NCBI RefSeq assembly: GCF_964213995.1
Contig: NC_135808.1
Span: 101,370,001 to 101,434,000, forward strand
Length of the DNA stretch: 64,000 nucleotides
Reading direction: 5' to 3'
Origin: Mustelus asterias
Taxonomy: Eukaryota
This document shows positions 12,639 to 24,847 of the stretch, one piece after another. The position numbers and the translations under genes were made by a program. The notes beneath the pieces are model-generated. The model did no database searches, had not been told where the DNA came from, and worked only from the letters and a program-made list of their open reading frames with translations. Position 1 is the first letter of the stretch. Each line of letters begins with the position of its first letter.

Positions 12639-13009
12639 TTCCCCTTCCCTTAAATAACAACCCCATGTAGTGTAACATTAGTATGCATTTGAATTTCAGC
12701 AACCCTTGTAGAATGGAAGATTGACAACAGCAACATTATTTACGTAAAAGATTCAGCTGTAGCAAGAACATTTGGAACATTGCTCTTCATGGTGTTGTCT
12801 ATGTGTGGAACTATACTCGCCATCAGCTGACTCGACCAGATCTTATGACAATGTCACGTGGATGTGTCCTTTCCTTCCTGATGATTGTGCCTGGGACAAT
12901 TGTCCTCAGTTGTCGGTGTGTTGCTTGTTACCTTTTTGTCTGCAAGGCGTACACAAGTATATGTGGATGACCCTGGGGTTGGTTCTGTTGTGCATGGCTC
13001 GCAGAGAGT

Positions 13010-14040
13010 AGCCTGAGTGAGACTGATTCCTTCACAGTACCACACCATTTGATGTTGTCACCTCATACGAACGTCGTTCTTTGCACACCTTGGACACTTC
13101 TGCTGGGATCCGTGTTCTAGGACCTCACCTGGCCAATGTATAGTTGCAGTAATTGTCACACACACATGCACATCTTTCATCTGATGTAATCAATTTGTGA
13201 TAAAGAGGACTTGTTGCAAAGATAGCACGATAGTGTGGTTTTCACCAGTCGACGAAACAAAATCTCAGCATGTGATGGTAATGGCCTGCGTGAAGTTGCA
13301 ATGACACAACTTGGATATCTTACCCCTTTTCCAGACACTGGTTGAGCAGTGATTGGAGTCTTGGCCATAGGTTTAGCTATCCCATTTCAACAAAGGGTAT
13401 TGGGGTGGTAAAGTGTCATTGTTGATGGACCATCATTCACATATCCTGGGACAGTTTTCCCATGCAACGTAAACCATTGTTGGATACCACATCAATCAGG
13501 GCAGTGTTAAATTCGCATCATATGTCCATACAGCTTAATAGGAAGATGGACACTTTATCATTTTTTTTAAAAAGCAGCATGGAATGGATAATTTATCATA
13601 ACAAACTGGGCACCAGAGGAATCAGGTAACTTCCTTTGTTATTTCTACCCAGAGCCAGAGATATCTGAACATATCTCTGGAAGTGATTGAAAATGCAAAT
13701 GGCTTTCCAGGTGCTGATTGACTGTCCCTCAGTAGTTCAATGGAATAAATTTAAAATAACGGTGGCTGCTTGACTGACCCATGAAGGTGGAATTTTGAAT
13801 AAAGACATTTTGGAGGCTAATCATGGCTGGAATGTTGATAAGATAACAGACATCCTCCATTCTGTAACAAATTGCTCAGCCATTAACCCATTATGTGGAC
13901 AACAGGAAACATCGATACTGTTTTCACATGGCAGACACTAGCTTGTGATAGGGATTGCCTTATTAATCCATGAAGGCAGTCCAATAAGTCAGTCTGGGGC
14001 TAACACCTCATGGGGAGAGATCTCATCCAGAATAGAAAGA
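13010..14040 (-). pseudogene. Gypsy integrase remnant
   Basis: LPSHAEILFRRLVKTTL (SPAELLFGR-like) and IPAEVSKVCKERRSYEVTTSNGVVL*RNQSH (RSY..RRNR-like C-terminus). Confidence 0.7.
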
Positions 14041-14154
14041 ATCGTGCCTTGAAAAGAAAGTCAATTCAGGTAATGAAAAGGGGCTAATGAGTTTTACCCG
14101 CAGGATTATAACATTCACTGCAGGCGTTTGACCACAATTTCAACTAAAAAATCT

Positions 14155-15181
14155 AGAACACAAGAACATAAGAACCAGGAGCAGGAGTAGGCCATCTGGC
14201 CTCTCAAGCCTGCTCCGCCATTCAATAAGATCATGGCTGATCTTTTTGTGGACTCAGCTCCACTTACTCTTCCACTCACCACAACCCTTAATTTCTTTGC
14301 TGTTCAAAAATTTATCTATCCTTGCCTTAAAAACATTCAATGAGGTAGCCTCAACTGCTTCACTGGGCAGGGAATTCCATAGATTCACAACCCTTTGGAT
14401 GAAGAAGTTGCTCCTCAACTCAGTCCTAAATCTGCTCCCCCTTATTTTGAGGCCATGCCCCCTCGTTCTAGTTTTACCCATCAGTGGAAACAATTCCCTG
14501 CTTCTATCTTATCTATTCCCTTCATAATCTTATATGTTTCTGTAAGATCTCCCCTCATTCTTCTGAATTCCATTGAATATAGTCCCAGTTTACTCAGTCT
14601 CTCCTCGTAAGCCAACTCTCTCAACTCCAGAATCAACCTAGTGAATCTCCTCTGCACCCCCTGCAGTGCCAGTATATCCTTTCTCAAGTAAGGAAACCAA
14701 AACTGTACCAGTACTCCAGGTGTGGCCTCATCAGGACCTTATACAGCTGCAACATAACCTCCGTGTTTTTAAATTCCATCCCTATAGCAATGAAGGACAA
14801 GATTCCATTTGCCTTTTTAATTACCTACTGCAATTATGTTGCAATATTTTACCTTTTAAATAATAGTCCATTTTGCTGTTATTCCTACCAAAATGGATGA
14901 CCTTGCATTTACCAACATTGTACTCCATCTGCCAGACCTTTGCCCTTGGACTATCTATATCCCTTTGCAGATTTTCAGCGTCCTCTGCACACTTTGCTCT
15001 GCCACCCATCTTAGTGTCATTTGCGAAGTTTGACACACAACACTTGGTCCCCAACTCCAAATCATCTATGTAAATCGTAAACAATTGCGGTCCCAACACT
15101 GATCCCTGAGGCACACCACGAGTCACTGATCGCCAACCAGTAAAATACCCATTTACCCCACTCTTTACTTTATGTTAGTTA
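14155..15181 (-). mobile_element. Degenerate CR1 LINE nested in the Gypsy element
   Basis: ORF pieces [39 protein letters not shown]; tail. Confidence 0.92.
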
Positions 15182-16759
15182 AACTTCCAACCTCCTTAGT
15201 CTTCAGTAAACCAAGAGAGAATCCTTCAGGCCTGCACTTTTTCAACCACCATCTTCAGGACTGTTTTCAGACATGTCCTGTTTCGCTTTACCCTTTTAGT
15301 AACCCAAGTTCATATTACCTCTTTAGAAATCATCTTTTACTGTGTTTGTGTGTGAGAACATGTGTATGTGTTTGAGGAGTGGGTGTTTGTTGTATTTACA
15401 TTTTGGGTATTGTAAATATTTTATACTTTCATTTGGTGTAATCTTACAAGAATGTTTGTTCTCTGGAATCAAAGCACCCAAGGTTTAAAACATTCCTCAA
15501 TAATATATCTTGTTGCAGTCAGTTGAGAGGTGGAAAAAGGAAAAAATTATCCCACATCTCTCTATCCATAACAAGAGCAAAAAACTAAAGATGGCACTGG
15601 CAGTGTTGACCACTGCTATATTCCATGTTGTGATCCCAGTTGATGTTACAACTGGACAGGAAGATTCCAGAATGGAAGACGATAACTTTTCTTTTTTAAA
15701 TAAAAACATGGAGGAACAGAGTCATAGGACCGCTAATTGGTTTTAACAACAGGAACAAAAACATCTGTTACACTTGAAAATTTGGATTACGATACAAAAC
15801 CCCGTTGCTTAACAAATACACACAGATTTCAAAGTCAACCCAGATTACAAAATATATCTTGTGCTATCAATGGTCTGAGTGACACAAAGTCACTTTAAAA
15901 ACACAAGTGGGCTGTGGTCAAATGCACACACTCCTCTGAGCCCAAATTAGTGTTTATAGATTTTTCCTCACAATCTCCCCAGATGATTGCCACATGAGTT
16001 TCCAAACTCCACTCCCAGAAAACACGTTTTAAAATCTTCTTTCCCGACAATGCTTTCCATCAGTGGTTTGCATTCCGAAATTCAGTGCAGGTTTTCCAAA
16101 TGACTCTTTTAAACAAAACTACCTCTCCAATTTTAACAACAAATCCAATTTCCAGGATTTTCAACCCCCCCTTTAGGATTTCTTTGCCTTGACTGTTAAC
16201 CGTTCACAATTGCTTTAATTATCAAATCCCGGTCTCTATTAAAATGGCATCAAACTTTTGATTTCTCTCTGAAGTCTGCTTTCTCACTTTAGCTTTGCTT
16301 ATTGCAACTGTCTCATTCACTTACAACCCTTTGTTTGCTTCTCCCTTTGAATTCTCCTGAACAGTACCTTGGTCTCTGCTCTATTAACTTTAGTCTTAAA
16401 ACATTCTTACTGTCTCAATTTCCTTGTTATCTGGACTGCATCAAGTTCTTTTGGGGAAGTCTGCCTCTTTGCAAAGTTTCTCATGGCAGAGTTGAGAGAT
16501 GTTCAGTCCCTGGTGTCCTTCAAATGCAGTATATCCAGTTAAAACTAAAACTTATAAAAGCCTTACTACCTTAAAAGGTTTCCAGTAGCTAAGCGACCTC
16601 TGCTACTTCTGCTAACCTCTATTTACTCTTCACGCCCTAACCCTCTCAAGCACAATAGGAATCCCACACATACTCAACACCTTTGTTTAGCTTTCTTGGC
16701 TAAACATAGTTGAATTGAACTGTCCTTCTTTATTGCGGTAGTAATGGAACTGCAACAGT

Positions 16760-18060
16760 TCATGTTGCGTTGCACTTATTTAATGTTGCCTTTTTCCCCG
16801 TTCCATCCCGAACTTGCAATGTGCACACTACATTTTGCGTCAGGTTGATTGACACTGCTGTACCTTCTTTAAAGGGAGGACTGCGTCCCGTGGAAATTTC
16901 CAACTGTGTCAAACCAGGTACAATCTCCAGAGGTCTTGTACTAATCCATTGGTACCTGCTTTGACTGGTGTGGTTTTCTGGCTGGGTCAGCTCATGGATA
17001 GTTACCTTGTTGAGTTCATTGCATGGCAGCAGCCCAGTTATTGCTGGTCCTGGAATGTCCACTAGATATAAATCTGACTCTTTGTACCTACCTTCCACAA
17101 CCAGGGAACCTAGGCACATTACTATCAAGCCATTGTATTCTGGTGGCTTGGGTGTTGGACCACAAACTTCCATCCCTCGTGATGTATGTCTTGGAGAATG
17201 TTGAAAAGTGGAATGTTTGCACTTGGACTGTGTCGGTTGATACATTCCTGTCTTGCTGGGGCAGACATTACAAAAACTTTCATTTTGATAGCTGTTTACT
17301 GCAATGTCTTGCCTTGATCCACCACATGCGTTTTGGTCAGACATTCCCCCATTTTATGGATGGATCTATTCTTTTGGCAATGCCTGGAACTGTCTTGCCC
17401 CCCATACCCCTTCATCACTGGGTGACCTACCTCTGCAGTTTGAGCACTGCCCGCTCTGGCTTCACCCCACGTTCTTGCTGCTGGATCTTCTGCAAAGTTT
17501 GGCCCAGTGCACCCAAGCCCATAGACGGCATGTGTCTGCGTATACAGGCATCTGGGTGGTTTGTGAGAGAGTCCACTGTTACTGCACACCTGTCCTTGCT
17601 AGGGTGCCTTGAATATCGTACAGGCAGACAATGTGGACCCTAAGGCTTGCAAACACTGTCTCCTTGTGATAATTGATTCATATCTGCATCCATCCTATAG
17701 TATTCTCAGAATCATACAGCGCAGAAGAGGCCCTTCGGCCCAGCGTGTCTGCACCGGCACATTAGAAAAACTATTCTCTAATGGTTTGTCCCTTCGGCTT
17801 TTCCAGGGGATCATTTTGGAGCATATGAGTAGGTGTGGAGGTGATAACCAACTCCGGAATTTGTTCTGAGAATTCAGCATCAGAGATTTCACATCCTTTT
17901 GCTTTTCTGTGCATTGGTTAACAATGGGGGTGGCCAAACTCTCATTGGCTTCCAGTCTATACCGCGTGAGTTCCAGGCTGCATGTTCTGAAATTAACTTG
18001 CAATCTAAGCTGTTGTCCCTGGGCTTTAATCATTCTAGTCAGCATCAGTTAAAAGCAGAG
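16760..18060 (-). pseudogene. Gypsy gag-protease remnant
   Basis: CSNSGLSH..C / HWAKLCRR zinc knuckle; frameshifted DT(G)xSANI protease motif near 17215-17240; YNGLIVMCLG..LYLVDIPGPAITGLLPCNEL. Confidence 0.7.
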
Positions 18061-18364
18061 GTATTGATTCTTCCTCCCCTCTGTGATGATGTTAATTTTT
18101 ATATTCAGTTTCTCTGTATTCACACCTCCGTGGTCTAGGATGCATAGTTCAGTGCTCTGCCTAAGCAGTTTGAATTTGCCTGGGGAATCAGATGCTTTCC
18201 AGTTTATCTCTGGAAACCTGGCTGCCATTGCCTAAGCCTTCTACCCCTTTCTCCGCTGAAGAGCAAACCTTGCTTTACAATTCGCAGCTGAGCAGGAGTC
18301 ACGCCCTAAGCTGTGCTGCTGCAGCACAGGCATTTGAACTTGTAGACAAGAGGTGCCAGGCAAT

Positions 18365-18748
18365 GGGGTCAGCGATGGCCTCGTGGTTATTACCACGAGA
18401 TTATTAATCCAGAAACTCAGTTAATGTTCTGGGGAGTCCAGGTTCAAACCCCACCACGACAAATGGTGGAATTTGAATTCCATAAATAATATCTGGAACT
18501 AAGAATCTATTCATGACCAGGAAACCATTGTCGCTTGTTGGAAAAACCCATCTGGTTCACTAATGACCTTTTAAAGAAGGAAATCTGCCATCCTTACCTG
18601 GTCTGACCTACAAGTGACTACAGAGACACAGCAATATGGTTGACTCTCAACTGCCCTCTGAAATGGCCTAGTTCAAGGGCAACGAGGGATGGGCAATAAA
18701 TGCTGGTCAGCCAGCGACGCACATGTCCCATGAATGAATAAAAATAAA
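18365..18748 (+). mobile_element. tRNA-derived SINE with MetaSINE/SlmI-like core
   Basis: tRNA-like head (GGTTCAAACCC), core AAAACCCATCTGGTTCACTAATG..GAAGGAAATCTGCC, 3' tail shared with the LINE at 59515. Confidence 0.75.
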
Positions 18749-18965
18749 GCTAACAGCATGCAAGTGCAATGGCAGTGGCAGGAAATCCACTGCATTGATC
18801 TCTGTGGCTGAAACTACCATTGATTTCTGTCTTGTCGGCTCAGGCCAAAATCTGGAGGGTGTCCAAAATGCCCTCAGACTTTACTCATATCTTTGCTGAG
18901 CCAATGTGTGAGTTATGACTCAGGTAGGGCTTCTGGCTTACACTGTCATTGACAGCTATTGACTC

Positions 18966-18981
18966 ACTACTGCTGCCACCA
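18966..18981 (-). promoter_or_regulatory. Gypsy primer-binding site (tRNA-Leu-like)
   Basis: TGGTGGCAGCAGTAGT directly after the 5' LTR end on the minus strand; resembles the complement of a tRNA-Leu 3' end (TGGTGGCAGCGGTGGG). Confidence 0.7.
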
Positions 18982-19164
18982 TCTTGTAATTATCTCTTTC
19001 TAGATTAATACAAACAAAGCTGAAGTGCAGGCGTAGAGCTTATCCACAAAGCTTTAATGGTGACTTCTTGTTGCTTCAGCTTGCATGTACTAACTGCAAG
19101 AGAACTCGGTCACATAGTATTGCATCACTTTCTGTGATGACATGCATGTTAGCATAAACATGCA
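18982..19164 (-). repeat. Gypsy 5' LTR (outer end truncated)
   Basis: Direct repeat of 12485-12638 with indels. Confidence 0.8.
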
Positions 19165-19254
19165 TTTTCTTTGGATTGACAAAGGGTTGGGAAAGCTAAC
19201 GGAGATTCAGTACAAATTGGAGGAACATGAAACTGATGGCCTGCAAATCCATGG

Positions 19255-19380
19255 AACCTAATAGGATTGAGGGTTATAGGTAAGCCTATATATAAGCCTA
19301 GGTAGGTAGGGACATGACCGGTGCAACTTGTGGGCTGAAGCGCCTGTTCGTGCTGTATTTTTTCTATGTTCTATGTTCTA
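19255..19380 (+). mobile_element. CR1 3' UTR fragment
   Basis: GATTGAGGGTTATAGG..CAACTTGTGGGCTGAAG..(ttctatg)n. Confidence 0.8.
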
Positions 19381-19423
19381 AATTGGATTGTACTCAGTGC
19401 CGTGCTTGCTGCACATACCGAAT

Positions 19424-19556
19424 GGATGTGATCTTACCGGCCGTTCACGCCAAGTCCCCACTGCAGCGAGGTTGGAGAATTTGGTGCCCAGCCAAATCTC
19501 TGTTCACTGCAGCGGGATGGAAAAATTCCGCCGGCATTAACGATGGTAACATTCCA
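19424..19556. mobile_element. Short palindromic MITE-like element
   Basis: Imperfect terminal inverted repeats; a related reverse copy at about 62930-63050 shares the CAGCCAAATCTCTGTT core. Confidence 0.55.
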
Positions 19557-19964
19557 ATAAAGCTAATGGCAGGGCCACGTGAAATTGGTCCACTGGCCTC
19601 ATTAGGAGTGTGCTGCTGAGGTGTAGGCAACAGTCATGGCCCATGAGACAGCTTGTTGTCACGAGTGGGGAGTAGGAGGAGCAAAATTAGCCAGCTGGGA
19701 TTCCAGCTGGAGGTTCAAGCCTAGTGTAAGGGTGAGTGAGAGGTGATCAGTGGCCCTCCAGCTTCTCTCAACTCCAGATGCACACAAGTATCTTTTTAGA
19801 AGTTCCTTTTGGGTGACAGTCTTTTGCAATCCCTTGAAGGACTATTCTTTCGACAGATGTAGACCTGATAATCCTAAACGCATGCTACATCCCGCATACG
19901 GCAATTCCTGCTTTGTCTCATAAAACAAGCTTAAAACAACTTTTGATTTGTGTTTTCAAGTGCC

Positions 19965-20297
19965 CACGGTAGCACAGTGGTTAGCACTACTGCTTCACAG
20001 CTCCAGGGACCTGGGTTCGATTCCCGGCTTGGGTCACTGTCTGTGTGGAGTTTGCACATTCTCCTCGTGTCTGCGTGGGTTTCCTCCGGGTGCTCCGGTT
20101 TCCTCGCACAGTCCAAAGATGTGTGGGTTAGGTTGATTGGCCATGCTAAAAATTGCCCCTTAGTGTCCTGAGATGCGTAGGTTAAAGGGATTAGCGGGTA
20201 AATATGTGGGGTGGGGCCTGGGTGGGATTGTGGTCGGTGCAGACTCGATGGGCCAAATGGCCTCTTTCTGCACTGTAGGGTTTCTATGATTTCTATG
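19965..20297 (+). mobile_element. HE1-type V-SINE
   Basis: Full head, V-domain and tail. Confidence 0.92.
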
Positions 20298-20454
20298 CCC
20301 AGTGCATGTTTTAGACAATATGGCAAGAATACCTCTACAGCACCCAAACTAAAATGGCATATTGGATGTGGTTAGCCTGTAAATTGGATCTCTTTACCAG
20401 CTATTTTTCATCTGGCTTAGTCCAGTATGATCTTCTCCATAATATATTTCTTAT

Positions 20455-20590
20455 AGTTAGTAAGGGTTTGGAGGACTATGGTGAACGGGCAGGTAAGTGG
20501 AGTTGACTTGAGATCAGCCATGATCGTATTAAATGGCTGAGCAGCAGGCTGGATTGCCTGCTCCTGCTCCTAGTTCTTATGATTCTTATA
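20455..20590 (+). mobile_element. CR1 3' UTR fragment
   Basis: GATCAGCCATGATCG..CTCCTGCTCCTAGTTCTTATG. Confidence 0.7.
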
Positions 20591-21022
20591 AATCAGCTGT
20601 GCCTGTGGCAAATGAAAATTGTAGCACTATGAAAAACACTTTCAGATGTTGGGGTGTGCCAGAGTAATATTTCTCAGTCAATTTTTAAAAATTAATTATC
20701 ACAAAATTGGAAATCCCTTTGTGAGCTTGTGTGTTTTGTGTCACCCATCACGATTCTTTCAATAGTGGTTTTTGCAGATGCTCTGAAGTAAAGGCAGCAC
20801 CCCGGAGTTAAAAACCTATAAATCTCTCTCTGAGTCTTGAGGGGGGAGTGGAGGTCAGTGAAAGGGAATGAAGAAGTGCCAGTTAATTTTGTAATGATAG
20901 CCTTTGTTGGCCTGTAGCAAATGATGGGTTAGTCTGTTTCCAGAGTTGTATCTCTTTCCCTTTGATTTGCTCTCTCAACACCAGGTCAGTTTCATAAACA
21001 CTAAATCAACAACGTACTGATC

Positions 21023-21201
21023 TATGTCCAAAGATGTGTAGGTTAGGTTGATTGACCATGCTAAATTAACCTAGTGTCGGGGAGATTAGCAGCGTAAATA
21101 TGAGAGGTTACGGGAATAGGGCATGGGTGGGATTGTTGTCGGTGCAGACTCGATGGGCCGAATGGCCTCCTTCCGCACTGCAGGGATTCTATGATTCTAT
21201 G
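21023..21201 (+). mobile_element. HE1 V-SINE 3' half
   Basis: TCCAAAGATGTG..GGGCCGAATGGCCTCC..(attctatg)2. Confidence 0.85.
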
Positions 21202-22014
21202 TACCTAGGATAATACAGGAGTAAGATTGTTGGTAACAAAGTTTGCTAAAATATGGACTGAATTAACATGTGGGGTATTACCATGATATCAAAAGTGCAA
21301 CTTACAGATAGCATTGCACATTTTTTTTAAACAATCCACTTCCAATCTATTCTCCATTTACCCTGCAATGTTTCTTCATTTTTATGTGGAGCTCGCAACT
21401 CAATTTCTGCAGTCTACCACTAGGGGGTGGTGTTTTATCAGAGTCATGCCACCTTTTATCATCGTCTGCCATGAGTCATGTTGTAATCTCAGTTCCCCAG
21501 TAAAAGCTTGATTGTTGGATAATTAAAATACAATCTCTTTCTATCAGTGTTATAATAGTAATTTCCCTTCCAGGAAATCTTTCACAAGGCTGTGACTTTA
21601 GATGTGAAAAGGACCATTTACAGTAATAGCTTGCGGTAAGGCATGCATGGGTCATTATCCCGGGAACTGGATGCCTTTTCCAGAGTTGGCACCTTCAGGA
21701 GAGGAGGGCGGAAACCTCCGGGAATTTGAGATAATTTCTTTGCTAATTATTGCAATTTTTAAATATCTTTATCCAATTGAATGTCTTTATTAAGGTGTCA
21801 TTGTGAATGCAGCCAAACAAGGAATGCTCAGGAACCTAAGAACATTATGAATACATACATCACTGCTGACTAATGGGATGAGAGATCTAGAGGAATTCCT
21901 GATTCCAGTGATACTGGCAATAGGGCAAGGGAATGAGTTTAATCTGATTTTTTCCAGGCTTTTAAACAGAAACTTCTCAGGTAGAGTCTAGACACCAATT
22001 TAACTACAGTTGGT

Positions 22015-22321
22015 TAAATTAATTTATTAGTGTCACAAGTAGACTTGCATTAACACTACAATGAAGTTACTGTGACAATCCCCTAGTCCCCACACTCCAG
22101 TACCTGTTCGGGTACACCGAGGGAGAATTTATCACGGCCAATGCACCTAACTAGCACGTCTTTCACATTGTGGGAGGAAACCGGAGCACCCGGAGGAAAC
22201 CCACGCAGACACAGGGAGAATATGCAAACACCACACAGACAGTGACCTAAGCCAGGAATCGAACTCAGGTCCCTGATGGTGTGAGGCAGCAATGCTAACC
22301 ACTGTGCCACTGTGCTGCCCA
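22015..22321 (-). mobile_element. V-SINE with alternative (non-CR1) 3' tail
   Basis: HE1 head and V-domain, but tail ..GACTAGGGGA..CAGTAACTTCATT..CTACTTGTGACACTAATAAA. Confidence 0.85.
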
Positions 22322-22724
22322 TGTTTTAGTGAATTTAATTGTTACACACAGTCTGTGTAAGAACTGACTAGCTGATATACAAGCAAATTACAGCAGAAAC
22401 TACCAATCTCCCCTACAGTTCATTATAACAGATTGTCAAACTTTGGTATATTGAAGGGATAATATAATCCATGCATTCTACTGCATGGAGGAGTAGATCA
22501 TGATAAGGGCATTTTTCCCTTGGATCGAGTGCCTGAAAATCAATGTTAATCATTTGCTCTTTCTTTGTGCCACAATTACCCTGCGTCTTACTATCCTGTA
22601 CGGACTTTTTGAGAGGGACATGCTTGACAGTGCCTTGAAAAGAATGTGCCTGTGTAAACTGCAAGCAAGTGTCAGAGGCCTGCGCACTAAGATTTTCTGC
22701 TCTAATGCTGGGTGCAGTTCCGAA

Positions 22725-23050
22725 GCGGCACAGTGATTAGCACTGCTGCCTCACAGCACCAGGGTCCCGGGTTCAAATCTGGCCTGAAGTGACTGTGTGG
22801 CGTCTCCACGTTCTCCCCGTGTCTGTGTGGGTTTCTTCCGGGTGCTCCGATTTCCTCCCACACTCTAATGGTGTGCGGGTTAGGTTGATTGGCCATGCTA
22901 AATTCTCCCTTGGTGTCAGGGAGATTAGCAGCATAAATACTTGGGGTTAGGGGGACAGGGCCTGGGTGGGATTATTATTGGTGCAGGCTCGATGGGCTGA
23001 ATGGCTTCCTTCTGCACTGTAGGGATTCTGAGATCTATGAGAACTATGAT
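22725..23050 (+). mobile_element. HE1-type V-SINE
   Basis: Head, V-domain, CR1-like tail. Confidence 0.9.
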
Positions 23051-23559
23051 ATCATAGTTTCCACACCTGATATGCTGATGTTAGGGTCGCAAACAGAAGG
23101 CTGCTTTTAGCTGGCTTTTATTTTGGATATTTGAATTTTTAAAATTATATTTTTTGAAATATAGTCGTTATTTTGACCAAAGACAGCAGCCAATGTGCTC
23201 CCTGCAAGGCCCTGCGAAGGGCAATGAGTTGAATGAACAGTTGATTTTCTTTTTTCTGGATGTCAACTAAGGGCTAGAGGTTGGGCAGGACATTCAGGGA
23301 ATTTCCCTGTTCTCTTGCAAATACTTCGATTACATCATCTGTAAAATGTGCTCATTCAATGTATTTTGTTGCTTTCATTTAATGGCAGGAGCGTTAAACA
23401 ATATTTTTTTCTGTTACTAAGGAGAATCTACAAAATGTCATCTTTCCAAAGTATATACCAGTTTTGGCCAGATCTAAACGGATTCCAATCAATTCTACAT
23501 TTGGCTGCAAATCAGCTTTAGTCCAATTGAGGCCACAGTTTTGATTATCTCCCTTCCTA

Positions 23560-24025
23560 AGTTTAAGTATTAGTGTCACAAGTAGGCTTGCAATGAAGTT
23601 ACTGTGAAATTCCCCTAGTTGCCACACTCCGGTGCCTGTTCGGGTACACTGAGGGAGAATTTAGCATGGCCAATGCACCTAACCAGCACGTCTTTCGGAC
23701 TGTGGGAGGAAACCGGAATTCCTGGAGGAAACCCACTGTCAGTCTGACAACAGCATACAGAGTGCTTTCCGTTAGCAGTCCCAGAGGAACTGCCACTCCT
23801 GGTTAAGTACAACGCAAGAGATTCCCTGATTTGCCCATCAATTTGGCCCTTCATTAGGGAGTTCATATTTTAACAGGCCCACCTCAATTGCCTGATTAAA
23901 GTTGTTACGCCCACGCAGACACGGGGAGAACGTGCAGACTCCGCACAGACAGTGACTCAAGCCGGGAATTGAACCCGGGCCCTTGGCGCTGTGAGGCAGC
24001 AGTGCTAACCACTGTGCCACCGTGC
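23560..24025 (-). mobile_element. Alternative-tail V-SINE split by a 173-bp insertion
   Basis: Same tail as 22015; V-domain interrupted at 23737-23909. Confidence 0.85.
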
Positions 24026-24584
24026 AGTCCTACTGAAGTAACCTGGGATGGAGACCGATTTAATTGGTGAGAATTCAGTTGGGTGACTAGCGCTGTAGTA
24101 CCACAGGGTGCTAGCTGGTGGCACTGTTGTATACTAGGCCCTTGGTATTACCCAGAATGTGATTGATGAGATTGTCTTACTTATTACTTGCTGCATTATT
24201 TTCACTTAGTGTTGGAATCATGGAAATGAAACATTTTAAAAACAGGGAAAGGCAACATTGTGCAGATTGGCACTAATCAGAGAGTTGTTGGCCGTATGCA
24301 CTTTAAAATAATCAGATTCAGCTTCCTGCACAACAAGAATTTAAACCTTCATGATTTGGATACAGAGTGAGAATTTTTTTTAAATTAATTAATGCTTTAC
24401 TTTGCTATCACTGTGACTGACAGTGGAATAACTGAACTGATAATTCGTACTGTCTCTGGACAGTGTATCCTCCAGTGCATTTGAATTTGATATGGGCAGT
24501 TCCTGCTGTACTTATCCCTTTAAAATTGCACTGGATTTGGAGTGCGTGTTCACAAGCTCTGTCATTCCGAGGTCTACAAATGAA

Positions 24585-24639
24585 TTTGCTACCAAATAAA
24601 CCTGTTGGACTTTAACCTGGTGTTGTTAAAACTCTTACT
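24585..24639 (+). mobile_element. 55-bp Penelope family A pLTR end
   Basis: GCTACCAAATAAACCTGTTGGACTTTAACCTGGTGTTG..CTTACT; exact 13-bp TSD gtctacaaatgaa at 24572-24584 and 24640-24652. Confidence 0.85.
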
Positions 24640-24823
24640 GTCTACAAATGAAGGCATGAGGTTAGACGCTGAGGTGACAGACGAAATGGAGACACTCTTA
24701 TTCCTGTCACTGTATTACCCACCCGCCTGAAAATGCCGTGGGAGTGCATGATTGCAATTCTTTAACCACCCACATTATAAATGATTAACTAAGCACGGTT
24801 TCAGGAGCGATTCTCCGCTTTTC

Positions 24824-24847
24824 ACCCCCCCCCCCCCCCCCCCCCCC
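24824..24847. repeat. Poly-C tract
   Basis: Homopolymer run of about 23 C. Confidence 0.9.

Larger units (their letters stand above)
12485..19164 (-). mobile_element. Fossil Gypsy/Ty3 LTR retrotransposon with nested insertions
   Basis: Diverged direct repeats 12485-12638 and 18982-19164, PBS, PPT, and decayed gag zinc knuckle, protease and integrase motifs in Gypsy order. Confidence 0.8.

Noticed and set aside
21417-21430. CTCF-like motif CCACTAGGGGGTGG
   Set aside because: Single short motif with a mismatch at a conserved C; not supportable without ChIP or conservation data.
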